Positions 50,701-60,132 are shown, counted from the first letter of the stretch. The stretch: DNA of 62,274 nt from an uncultured Bacteroidaceae bacterium (GCA_964572225.1 CAZNFR010000010.1:1-62274), one strand, 5' to 3'. A program made the numbers and translations. The notes: generated by a model not told the origin, from the sequence alone.

Positions 50701-50878
50701 TGTTAAAAGTTTATGTTTCAAATATAGGATAATTCATATTACCTATACCTGTCAAATTGCATACCACTGCTTTTTAACAGTAAAATTGGCAAGCAGAGGG
50801 AATCAAACATTTTTTGGTTTAAACTAAATGAAGAACGAATATATTTTGTTTTTTTGTACAACTTGAAGCCGCCTGATC

Positions 50879-52177
50879 ATGAATTTTAATTTTAAGGGTC
50901 TTATAAATAAAGAGTTCGTAAGGAATGTATTGACACTGGTCTCTGCTTCAACCCTATCCCAGGCAATCGCTTTTCTGGTATATTTTATTCTGATCCGCAT
51001 TTATACTCCGGCCGAACACGGACTACTGGCATTATACCTATCCATAATATCCGTAACAGGAATTATTGCCACCGCAAAATATGATCTTGCTATAATGATG
51101 CCAGGCTCCCGGACCCAGGCAGGAGCCCTTACCCTCCTCACTTTACTTATTGGCATGGGTTTTTCCTTGATTTTACTCCTGGTCACTTTGTTCTTTTCAG
51201 AGTTTCTGGCATCGTTTCTGGGAAACGAAAACCTGGAATCCTGGCTTTACCTGGTGCCCTTATCCACCTTTCTTACCTCCAGCTCCCAGGCAATTCAAAC
51301 CTGGTCGAATCGAAGAAAAAAATACCGTATAATTGCCGGTGCAAATCTTTCACAGTCCCTGGTGAATTCTACTGTCAAATTGGCATCTGTCAATATGTTT
51401 AATTCGGGAGGCGGACTGGTTGCCGGGGCGATTGCAGGACAGGTAGCCGGAAATGCAGTCTTTATCAGATCCATTTTAGTGAAAGACATTCCTGTTTTTA
51501 AAGCTATCAAATGGAAAGAAATACGGAGTGTGGCAAAAAAGTATCATCTATTTCCCCGCTTTAATCTAATCCATTATGTGATCAATAACTTTTCCACTTC
51601 ACTTCCAATATTCCTTTTTAGTTCCGCTTTCTCAGCAACGGAAGTCGGACTTTATTCCCTCGGTATGATGATGATAAACCGGCCGCTGAACATTCTTACC
51701 AGTTCATTTACCCAGGTTCTTTCTCAACGGGTAATTTCAAATTATAACAAAAATCTCAAAGTCACAACAGAAATAAAAAAGTTGGTATTCAGACTTTTTT
51801 TCCTGGCAATAATACCCTTTATTCTTGCCGGAATCTTGGCTCCACTGGGATTCCGAATCATTGGCGGGGATGAATGGACACAGGCTGGGGTATATATGCG
51901 TTATCTCTTACCCTGGTTATTCCTGGTTTTTCTTTCCTCCCCGCTTTCATTTATTCCTGATATGCTCAAACGACAGCAAAAAGCCATGTGGATAGATATT
52001 GCTAAATTTGTTCTGAGGCTAATGGCACTTTTGATAGGAATAAGGTTGAACAGTATAGACCTTTCAATCCTGCTCTTTAGCGGAGTAAGCGGGCTTTTAG
52101 TTGCATATAACCTTTACTGGTATATACATTTGTCTGTTTCAGCCGATAATCAATTTAAAGAATCAAATACATCGTGA
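50879..52177 (+). CDS. Wzx-type oligosaccharide flippase
   Basis: Multi-TM, RIYTP..HG, KYDLAI; first gene of glycan cluster. Confidence 0.85.
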   Translation: MNFNFKGLINKEFVRNVLTLVSASTLSQAIAFLVYFILIRIYTPAEHGLLALYLSIISVTGIIATAKYDLAIMMPGSRTQAGALTLLTLLIGMGFSLILLLVTLFFSEFLASFLGNENLESWLYLVPLSTFLTSSSQAIQTWSNRRKKYRIIAGANLSQSLVNSTVKLASVNMFNSGGGLVAGAIAGQVAGNAVFIRSILVKDIPVFKAIKWKEIRSVAKKYHLFPRFNLIHYVINNFSTSLPIFLFSSAFSATEVGLYSLGMMMINRPLNILTSSFTQVLSQRVISNYNKNLKVTTEIKKLVFRLFFLAIIPFILAGILAPLGFRIIGGDEWTQAGVYMRYLLPWLFLVFLSSPLSFIPDMLKRQQKAMWIDIAKFVLRLMALLIGIRLNSIDLSILLFSGVSGLLVAYNLYWYIHLSVSADNQFKESNTS

Positions 52178-52986
52178 ATAAATATACTACTGCACTTAAA
52201 GCTCTGTCAAAGATTGTAAGAAATCCCTGGCTCCTCAACCATGTTCTGCAGGATAAGGATGAATGGGAAAAATATGTTGAGGATCATTACCCTTCGCTGA
52301 CTTCATTGCCTGTTATTAATTTTGATCAGCTTGCCGGTGATAATTTGCAGGACAAATTATCGCTCTTTACTTTTCTGGATGGGGGTTCCCTGGTAACAGA
52401 CATTCTTTTGCTGAAAGTACTGGCTGGAAAATTTGAGCACTGTAGCTATTTTGAAATAGGAACCTGGAGGGGAGAAAGTGTTAGCAATGTGGCAGAGGTG
52501 TCGAAAGAGTGTTTTACCTTAAACCTTTCAGATGAAGAATTAATGAAAATGGGGGTTGATCAAAGAGTAATTGAATTGCAGGGTTTTTTCTCAAAAAAAC
52601 TTAAAAATGTGGTCCACCTTAGAGGTAACTCAAAAAGTTTTAACTTTGCCGGCCTGAATAAAAAATTCGATCTTATTTTTATTGACGGGTCTCATCATTA
52701 TGCCATGGTAAAAAATGATACAGAAAAAGTCTTTACCTATCTGGTTCATCAAAATTCCATTGTTGTATGGCATGATTATGCAATTACCCCGGAAGAGACC
52801 AGGTATGAGGTATTTGCGGGGATTCTGGATGCTATGCCCAAGAAAATGCATGACAGGCTTTTTCATGTAGCCCACACCAAATCTGCCATTTATACTCCTC
52901 AAAGTTTGGAAGGCCGGAGACTTCAAAGCCCGGTAATACCCGAATCATTTTTCCAGGTTGATCTGAGATTTAAGAAAGTAGATTAG
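52174..52986 (+). CDS. Class I SAM-dependent methyltransferase
   Basis: FEIGTWRGES, FDLIFIDGSH, VWHDY; 4-nt GTGA overlap with flippase. Confidence 0.85.
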   Translation: MNKYTTALKALSKIVRNPWLLNHVLQDKDEWEKYVEDHYPSLTSLPVINFDQLAGDNLQDKLSLFTFLDGGSLVTDILLLKVLAGKFEHCSYFEIGTWRGESVSNVAEVSKECFTLNLSDEELMKMGVDQRVIELQGFFSKKLKNVVHLRGNSKSFNFAGLNKKFDLIFIDGSHHYAMVKNDTEKVFTYLVHQNSIVVWHDYAITPEETRYEVFAGILDAMPKKMHDRLFHVAHTKSAIYTPQSLEGRRLQSPVIPESFFQVDLRFKKVD

Positions 52987-52987
52987 T

Positions 52988-54193
52988 TTGAAGAAAGAAA
53001 GGATAAAAATACTGGTATTGCCTTCATGGTACCTGCCCGATGGAGGAGGGTTCTTTAAGGACCATGCAGAAGCTCTGAATCATGGGGACTTTACTGTTGA
53101 TGTTTTGGTTAACAGAGTCCTGGGGCTTACAAGTCACTCTCTATATCAGATCAGGTCCTCCAGAAAGTTCAGGGAGTCCATCGAAGGTCCACTGAAAATA
53201 TACAGGTCAGGTTATCTGAAGTGGCCCTTTTTGGAAAAAACCAACTTAAAAGGCTGGGTAAAGCGTTATCTTGATATTTACAATGAGTACCTGGAAAGAA
53301 ACGGTCCTCCGGATATTATCATTGCACATAGTACGATCTGGGCAGGTTACGTGGCTGCAATCCTTAAGGATGAGTTTGGGATTCCTTTCATTCTGATTGA
53401 ACACAGGAGCCGTTTTGCACGAAATGTTCAGGCAGCACAAAAGATGATCCGTGAATGGTATTTTCCTTTTCTGCGCACCACTCTGGTTAAAGCCGACAGG
53501 ATTGTAACGGTAAGTCCGGCATTGGACAACCAGCTAATCGGAATATCTCCGGGGATAAAGAACAAGATCCTGACCATTCCCAATCTTATTGATACCGATT
53601 TTTTCTCACTTCCCCCGGTTAAGAGGGAAATAGAACCTTTTATTATAATTTCCTTTGGAATTCTGGAATACGTGAAGGGATTTGATATTCTGATTAAAGC
53701 TTTTTCCAGGCTTGTTCATAAATATGACCGGGAATTTTTTCTCCGAATCGGAGGAAGAGGAAAAGATTTTAAAAAACTGAAGGCTATTGCAAAACAAGAA
53801 GGGGTTTCGGACCGGGTTAAATTGCATGGATACGTTCCGAGAGAGGAAGTCAAAAGAGAAATGCAGTTAGCCAATTTATTTGTTCTTCCCAGCAGATTTG
53901 AAGCATTCGGAGTGGTGCTTATCGAAGCAATGGCGACAGGATGCCCCGTAATTTCCACACATTCAGGGGGGCCTCCCCACATTGTTAAAGAAACCGACGG
54001 AATACTTGTAAAACCCGATGATGTTGATGAACTTGCAAATGCCATGGAAAGGGTTTATCTTGATTATGATAAATACGATCCTTTGCAGATCAGGAAAGAT
54101 GTGGTTGACAATTATGCCACCAGCGTTATCCGGGATAGTTATCATCAATTGGTCAGAGAGGTTCTGGATGGAAAAAGTTCAGCTAAAAAATAA
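52988..54193 (+). CDS. Glycosyltransferase family 4 (GT-B)
   Basis: KGFDILIKAF, FVLPSRFEAFGVVLIEAMATGCPVI. Confidence 0.92.
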   Translation: MKKERIKILVLPSWYLPDGGGFFKDHAEALNHGDFTVDVLVNRVLGLTSHSLYQIRSSRKFRESIEGPLKIYRSGYLKWPFLEKTNLKGWVKRYLDIYNEYLERNGPPDIIIAHSTIWAGYVAAILKDEFGIPFILIEHRSRFARNVQAAQKMIREWYFPFLRTTLVKADRIVTVSPALDNQLIGISPGIKNKILTIPNLIDTDFFSLPPVKREIEPFIIISFGILEYVKGFDILIKAFSRLVHKYDREFFLRIGGRGKDFKKLKAIAKQEGVSDRVKLHGYVPREEVKREMQLANLFVLPSRFEAFGVVLIEAMATGCPVISTHSGGPPHIVKETDGILVKPDDVDELANAMERVYLDYDKYDPLQIRKDVVDNYATSVIRDSYHQLVREVLDGKSSAKK

Positions 54194-55763
54194 CAGGGCC
54201 TTCCCCTGGGTCCGAAAAAATGGATTGTCTGTCAAAGGCTATTTATTTGACCGATCCGGCACCTATTTTGAAGAAGAAGGGTTACTAGAGTATTTCAAGG
54301 GAACTCATTCTTATCTCGATCTAAAGGAAAAGGTCAAATACGCCAATGGATGCTTCGCCATTGTCATTGATCATGATTCTTATCTCCTTGCAGCTACCGA
54401 TATGATCAGATCCATTCCCCTCTTTTATGGACTTTCTGGTAAAGACTGGGTGGTAAGCGATAATGCTGAAATGTTGGCAGAGCTTACCGGATACAAACTC
54501 AATGATCTGGCTTCTACAGAATTTCTTGCTACCGGATATGTAACGGGCAGGGAAACCCTGGTGGAAGGTATTTTTCAGGTTGAGGCCGGTCAGATTATCA
54601 AGCTCACTAAGGAAGATATTGTCAGAGAGTTTTATTACACATTCCGTGTTAATGATGAGTCTGAAGAGGAGTATAAGGATCTGAAAGCAGCAGGGATTAA
54701 GATTTTTGATCAGGCTTTTCAAAGACTGGTGAAAAGTCTGAAAAACCGTACAGCCGTTATCCCTCTGAGTGGTGGATTCGACTCCCGGCTCATTGCCACC
54801 ATCCTCAGAAAATTGAATTATGAGAAAGTAATTTGTTTCACCTATGGGAGAGCATCCAGTCCCGAGATTCCAGTTTCCCAGGAAGTTGCAGACAAACTTG
54901 GATTTGAATGGCATTTTTTGGAATATACCGATGAGTTGATCCGGGATTATATACATCATGATGATTTCAAAGAATATTTTGGCCATGCCTCAAATTTGGT
55001 TTCCATGTTTTTTATGCAGGAATTTTTTGCAGTAAGGGAAATGAAGAAAAGGAATATTATACCTGCAGACTCCATATTTATACCCGGCCATAGTGGTGAT
55101 TTTCTTGGTGGAAGTCAGCTGAACAAACACGGAAATCTCAGTATGGAAGAATCAGTTGCAGATCTTGCCGACCGAATCTACAGAGTAAAGTACTGCTACA
55201 AAAAACCCGGGGGGAAAGATGCTTCTCGTATTCTCGAAAGAGTTCAGAAAAGCCTTCAGGAGAAATTTTTACGGCAGGGTGATTTTGCCTATTCCATTCA
55301 TGAAGACTGGGACTTCAAGGAAAAACTGGCGAAATTTAATTTTAACTCGGTATCTACCTATACCTGGTTTGGATATCAATACCGCCTTCCTTATTGGGAC
55401 AGAAATCTGGTAGAGTTCTTTCGCTTTTTACCTTTGCATGCGAAAATTCATAAATATCTTTATGATGATATTCTGACAAATGAGTTCTTTGCGCCTTTCA
55501 ATCTGAACTTTACAGATGAACTGCAGGCAGATGAAAGAGACCTCAGAAAGTTAAAAATCAGATCGAGAATAAAAGAAAATCTGCCCGAAGCAATCAACCG
55601 GACTTTTATATCCAAAAAGGACCTTCTGTTCTATAAGGAAATCACCGACTACCTGGTTTTGGACCTAAAATCCGAAGGTGTGAAAGCGAGGATTTACGGG
55701 AATGCATACAACTCTCTGATTATTCAATGGTATCTCCATCAGGTCAAAAAAAGATGCCGGTAA
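54168..55763 (+). CDS. Asparagine synthase-like amidotransferase (glycan-associated)
   Basis: NGCFA, D.IRSIPLFY, PLSGGFDSR PP-loop, PGHSGD; likely start 54168. Confidence 0.8.
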   Translation: MEKVQLKNNRAFPWVRKNGLSVKGYLFDRSGTYFEEEGLLEYFKGTHSYLDLKEKVKYANGCFAIVIDHDSYLLAATDMIRSIPLFYGLSGKDWVVSDNAEMLAELTGYKLNDLASTEFLATGYVTGRETLVEGIFQVEAGQIIKLTKEDIVREFYYTFRVNDESEEEYKDLKAAGIKIFDQAFQRLVKSLKNRTAVIPLSGGFDSRLIATILRKLNYEKVICFTYGRASSPEIPVSQEVADKLGFEWHFLEYTDELIRDYIHHDDFKEYFGHASNLVSMFFMQEFFAVREMKKRNIIPADSIFIPGHSGDFLGGSQLNKHGNLSMEESVADLADRIYRVKYCYKKPGGKDASRILERVQKSLQEKFLRQGDFAYSIHEDWDFKEKLAKFNFNSVSTYTWFGYQYRLPYWDRNLVEFFRFLPLHAKIHKYLYDDILTNEFFAPFNLNFTDELQADERDLRKLKIRSRIKENLPEAINRTFISKKDLLFYKEITDYLVLDLKSEGVKARIYGNAYNSLIIQWYLHQVKKRCR

Positions 55764-55812
55764 ACCCTTCATAAAAAATAGGATGAATTTTTAGCGGAAT
55801 AAAAAAAATGGT

Positions 55813-55820
55813 TAAATTTG
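55813..55820 (+). promoter_or_regulatory. sigma-A -7 element of tRNA-His
   Basis: TAAATTTG 28 nt upstream of tRNA. Confidence 0.6.
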
Positions 55821-55847
55821 CACTCCTGTTTGAGCAGGAGGTATTAT

Positions 55848-55922
55848 GGTGGATGTAGCTCAGTAGGTTAGAGCGCTGGATTGTGGTTCCAGAGGTCGCC
55901 GGTTCGAACCCGGTCTTCCACC
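55848..55922 (+). tRNA. tRNA-His (GTG)
   Basis: Cloverleaf: G-1, acceptor GTGGATG/CTTCCAC (one T-T mismatch), anticodon arm CTGGA-TTGTGGT-TCCAG, GGTTCGAAC T-loop, C73; full CCA not encoded. Confidence 0.95.
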
Positions 55923-55923
55923 C

Positions 55924-55956
55924 AAAAAAAAAGAGGATCTCACGACCCCCTTTTTT
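55924..55956. terminator. Bidirectional terminator between tRNA-His and convergent gene
   Basis: Minus strand aagggggtc-GTGA-gatcctctt with T-run; A/T runs on both sides. Confidence 0.75.
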
Positions 55957-55988
55957 CTCTGTAACTAACTATTTATAAACCTAAAAGC

Positions 55989-56348
55989 CTAATTTATTTC
56001 TGTCATCCATGTTTCTAACTGCAACTCATTTTCCTGAAACTCAAAATTGATTACTGAAAAATGAAGCATCCAGTCTTCAAACTGTAATTCCTTGTCAAAA
56101 TTCATTATCTCTTCTTCAGATCTGTTTTCGCTCTCCATGAAACTGGCCTGAGACATCATCCATGATTCGAAAGTCATTTCGTTTTCAAAACCTGTATCAA
56201 ACTCGGCAATAACCATCATCCATTGTTCAAGCCTCATGTCCGGATGAAGATCTTTTTCGGTTTTATCTGTATATCCACTGGCGTAGCTGAAGCTGATGCC
56301 GGATAAGGCGATTATTAATGCTGTTAAGGTAAATTTTATCGTTTTCAT
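55989..56348 (-). CDS. Secreted acidic E-x-W-M repeat protein, paralog 1
   Basis: Signal peptide (..FSYA); 4 repeats LEQWMM, FESWMM, FEDWML, LETWM; paralog at 58269-58697. Confidence 0.8.
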   Translation of the reverse strand: MKTIKFTLTALIIALSGISFSYASGYTDKTEKDLHPDMRLEQWMMVIAEFDTGFENEMTFESWMMSQASFMESENRSEEEIMNFDKELQFEDWMLHFSVINFEFQENELQLETWMTEIN

Positions 56349-56381
56349 GATTTTTTATTCTATGGTATTTGCTCAAACTCT

Positions 56382-56502
56382 TACATAACTTGTGCCATAA
56401 ATTACAAATAACACATAATCAATAATATATGATGAGTTTAATTGAGTGTTAAGGTGTGTTAAAATTGGTCGCTTTTGAGACAGTTGTGTCCGAAACCGAA
56501 CG
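56382..56502 (-). promoter_or_regulatory. Putative sigma54 promoter plus upstream activator block, copy 1
   Basis: Minus strand TGGCACA-AGTT-ATGTA (56397-56382); 46-bp block 56457-56502 shared with copy 2. Confidence 0.65.
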
Positions 56503-56536
56503 AATATAATGCGAATTGGGTGGATGGGTAAGAAGA

Positions 56537-58075
56537 TTAATTTATGTCAGGTCCGTTATTTTTCATGACCTTGTATATATCTGATCTTCGGTCTTTTAAA
56601 TTTCTGACGCTTCCAAATTGGTTGAGTTCCCTCAGAAGATCAATATCCACATCCGCAATTAGGATCATTTCTGTGTTAGGGGTAGCTTCAGCTTTGATCC
56701 CATTTGTTGGGAATTGAAAATCGCAAGGGGTAAAAACCATGGATTGAGCATATTGAATGTCCATATTGTGGACTTTGGGCAGGTTTCCGACACTTCCTGC
56801 AATGGCAACGTAACATTCATTCTCAATGGCTCTTGCCTGGGCACAGTTTCTAACACGCGAATACCCGTTCTGGGTATCAGTCAGAAAAGGTACGAAGAGG
56901 ATATCCATGCCTTCATCCGATAGAAGACGGCTAACCTCCGGGAACTCAATATCGTAACAAATCAGAATTCCAATTCTCCCACAATCGGTATCGTATGTTT
57001 TCAGGGTAGATCCTCCCTGTAGGCCCCAGACCTTTACTTCATCCGGAGTTACATGCAATTTCTCGAAGCGTTCTATTCCCCCTCCTCTCTTACATAAATA
57101 TCCAGCGTTAAAAAGTTTTTCGTTTATTACTTCCGGCATACTTCCGGTTATTATGTTTATATTATAGGAAACAGCCAGCTCAGCAAATCTGGATACAATA
57201 TTGGTGGTATGTTTGGCAAGCTCCCGGATAGCCTCGGATTCGGAAAGATGATTATTTTCAGCCATAAGGGGAGCATTGAAAAATTCCGGAAACAACGCAA
57301 AGTCCGCACGGTAACCCGAGACAGCATCAATAAAATACTCTGCTTGTTGCATTACCTCGTCAAAGCTCTTATAGAGCCTCATTTGCCATTGGATTAGTCC
57401 GAGTCTGACCACAGTTTTTTTCAGGGAAGCTCTGGTAGATGGTTTTTCATAGTAGACATTGTCCCACTTAAGAAGGACAGCATACTCCTGAGACTCCTTA
57501 TCACCCTCAAGATACCCTTTAAGTATTCTTGTGGGATGAAAATCATTGGACATCTGAAAATCAAGTACGGGATCATGGATCTCCTTTCTTCTTACTTTTG
57601 CAATGTAATCCCTGGGTGTAAGCTCAGAAGAGTATTTGTGGTAATTCGGAATCCTGCCGCCGAAAACAATTCCTTTGAGATTCAGACGCTCACATAGTTC
57701 TTTTCGGTAATCATATAATCTTCGGCCCAATCTCAGACCCCTGAATTTAGGTCTGATAAAAATGTCAATCCCGTAAAGAATATCCCCCTCAGAACTGTGA
57801 GTATTAAATGTATATTGTCCGGTGATCTCCTTGTATGTATGCTTATTATCAAATTTTTCGTAGTCGACAATGATACATAAGGCACAACCCGCAAATTCAT
57901 TATTAACCTTTATATAAACCTGACCTTCGGGGAAATTATTTATCAGGGTTTCAATGTGTTTTTCTTTCCAAAAGGCTTGCGGCATGCCTGAATAGGACTC
58001 CACCATAGCTTCCTTTAATTCAAGGTAGTTTTCCGGTTTCAGGTACTCAAGCTGAATGTTATCAATTTCCTTCAT
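56537..58075 (-). CDS. Bifunctional GNAT acetyltransferase / carbon-nitrogen hydrolase
   Basis: FPEGQ, FRGLRLGRRLY acetyl-CoA motif; nitrilase triad FPEF, KLH, LICYD. Confidence 0.9.
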   Translation of the reverse strand: MKEIDNIQLEYLKPENYLELKEAMVESYSGMPQAFWKEKHIETLINNFPEGQVYIKVNNEFAGCALCIIVDYEKFDNKHTYKEITGQYTFNTHSSEGDILYGIDIFIRPKFRGLRLGRRLYDYRKELCERLNLKGIVFGGRIPNYHKYSSELTPRDYIAKVRRKEIHDPVLDFQMSNDFHPTRILKGYLEGDKESQEYAVLLKWDNVYYEKPSTRASLKKTVVRLGLIQWQMRLYKSFDEVMQQAEYFIDAVSGYRADFALFPEFFNAPLMAENNHLSESEAIRELAKHTTNIVSRFAELAVSYNINIITGSMPEVINEKLFNAGYLCKRGGGIERFEKLHVTPDEVKVWGLQGGSTLKTYDTDCGRIGILICYDIEFPEVSRLLSDEGMDILFVPFLTDTQNGYSRVRNCAQARAIENECYVAIAGSVGNLPKVHNMDIQYAQSMVFTPCDFQFPTNGIKAEATPNTEMILIADVDIDLLRELNQFGSVRNLKDRRSDIYKVMKNNGPDIN

Positions 58076-58200
58076 ATTATCCTGTTCTTTGACCCAAAGC
58101 TAACTAAAACCAAAGGGTTTATCAACCTGATTCAAATAGTCACATACTGCCTCTTTGCCTTTCCTGGATTAATTCCCTAAATACCAGCCTGCAAAAATGA

Positions 58201-58237
58201 AAGAAAGAGTTTCCCCGGGATGGGTAAACTCTTTCTT
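58201..58237. terminator. Terminator hairpin downstream of paralog 2
   Basis: aagaaagagttt / aaactctttctt 12-bp inverted repeat. Confidence 0.7.
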
Positions 58238-58268
58238 TACTAACCACTTAAACCTAAAAAAGAAAACT

Positions 58269-58697
58269 TTATTTGATTTCAAACATCCAAGCTTCGAATG
58301 TTAATTCTTCTTCCTGAAAGCTATCAGCCGTTGGAAAGGTTTCCATCATCCAACCTTCCAACTGAAGATCACTTTCTGTGAAAGTGTTATCTATGATAAT
58401 AATTTCTGACATCCAGTCCTCCATCTGCATTTCATCTCTTGTAAAGCTCTCTTCATGCATCATCCAGCTCTCGAGGTTCATCTCGTTTTCAGCAAATGCT
58501 TCTGAGGAAAGAAATTCTGAAACTTCCATCATCCAGTTCTCGAGATTCAATTCCCTGTCTAATTTATCAAGGATCATTTCAGTTGCTTTTTTATCTTTCT
58601 TTTCTTTTTTACTTCCTTTGGTTCCATCTGCATATGCATTGGGTCCTACAACTACTAAAATGATTGCGAATATTATGGTTGAAACTATGTTTTTCAT
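58269..58697 (-). CDS. Secreted acidic E-x-W-M repeat protein, paralog 2
   Basis: Signal peptide (..NAYA); 5 repeats LENWMM, LESWMM, MEDWMS, LEGWMM, FEAWMF. Confidence 0.8.
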   Translation of the reverse strand: MKNIVSTIIFAIILVVVGPNAYADGTKGSKKEKKDKKATEMILDKLDRELNLENWMMEVSEFLSSEAFAENEMNLESWMMHEESFTRDEMQMEDWMSEIIIIDNTFTESDLQLEGWMMETFPTADSFQEEELTFEAWMFEIK

Positions 58698-58736
58698 GAC
58701 TTCTTATTTTTTGTCGTTCAAGTTCAGTGCTTTTAT

Positions 58737-58856
58737 TACAGAGTACGTGCCAAAAATCATAAAATATTAAAAATCAACTGTATATAATCTTGAATTGGAA
58801 TTTTTACCCATGTTAAAACTGAACGCTTTTGTAACAGGTGTGTCCGAAAGTGAACG
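58737..58856 (-). promoter_or_regulatory. Putative sigma54 promoter plus upstream activator block, copy 2
   Basis: Minus strand TGGCACG-TACT-CTGTA (58752-58737); 46-bp block 58811-58856. Confidence 0.65.
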
Positions 58857-59008
58857 TTATTCCTAATTGTCTGGGTATTCTTTTCGGGTTTTAAATCCAA
58901 GCTATATTTAACATTCATTAAACATGGTTGGAACATAATATTCAATATTTTGGTAGTCATTTACTTATCTTGTAATCATAATTCAAAACCTTACTCACAT
59001 CCTTTAAC

Positions 59009-60132
59009 ATGAGAAACCTTAACACCGCCTTTATTTTGATCCTCCTGGCAATTCTTTCCTTTAATACATCCTATTCTCAAAATATCTGGACCGGCGAAAG
59101 CATTCTATTTACCAAGTCTAATTATTCAGACTGAACTCAGGCAGAGAATCAGGATAGAATTACAGAAGAGGTCTGGTTAACCCGTGGTAACAGTCGACCC
59201 ATTTTTAATGCATTTGTCGATGACCTTGAAGAAAGCCCGGTGGGCACTCTTTGGGCCGTTGGAAGTATTTCAGATGGAGTTGAATCCCTTGACTTCAATT
59301 CATGGGCCCCTGCGGTTGGATTCGAACCTCCCTATTCTGTGGGAACGGCAATGGTACTTTACCTGATTCAAGAGATTATTTATTTAGACATAACATTTAC
59401 CAGTTAGACATCCGGGGAAGGAAGTGGAGGGGGTGGCTTTAGCTATACCCTTTCCACAGGCTCTGTTTCCGATTAGTTCTGGACCGGTCCTGCAACCACA
59501 TTTACAAAACAAAATAATGCCGACTGGACCCTTGCGGAGAATCAGGACAGGATTACTGAGAATGTCTGGATTACCCGTGCAGATTCTCAGAGTATTTTTA
59601 ACATTGCAAAACGTTCAGAATTCTTTTTTTCCTCTTTGGTACCCAGTAATACTGAATGGGCATTCGGAAAAACCTCAGATGGTATTGAAAACCTGGATTT
59701 CCATTATTTCCTTGAGACAGTTGAGGTTAACCCACCTTCCGTAGTAGATCAGGATATGGTTCTGAAGATAATTCCTAAGGATATATATATTGATATTAAA
59801 TTCACCTCATGGACTTCAGGAGACGAAGGCGGAGGTGGTGGATTTTCCTATATCCGGTCAACCAACCCTTTTCCTGCAGGAACAGATCTGAATAATTCCA
59901 TGGGAGAATTAGTTGTTTATCCGAATCCTGCTTCCCGGTATGTTCATTTCAGAAAATCATTTTCCGGAAACCAGATACTATTGGAATTGTACGATTCAAG
60001 TGGTTCTCTCGTTTTGAAAAGGGCCATCAAATCTGATGAGTCCATACCTGTAGATCAATTAAACAGCGGGATGTATTTTACAGGGTCCTTGACCAAACCC
60101 ATGTATACCAGGGAAAGGTGGTCTTAAAATAA
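59009..60132 (+). pseudogene. Disrupted T9SS cargo gene with two tandem ~130-aa domains and type A CTD
   Basis: ATG 59009 with signal peptide; in-frame stops TGA 59132, TAG 59405, TAG 59474; 1-nt frameshift near 60076-60079 in the CTD (restored tail YRVLDQTHVYQGKVVLK, TAA 60130-60132). Confidence 0.85.

Noticed and set aside
59009-60132. Stop-codon reassignment or readthrough to explain three in-frame stops
   Set aside because: Stops are of two types (TGA and TAG), both are used as normal terminators by intact genes in this window, and there is also a frameshift; decay is simpler
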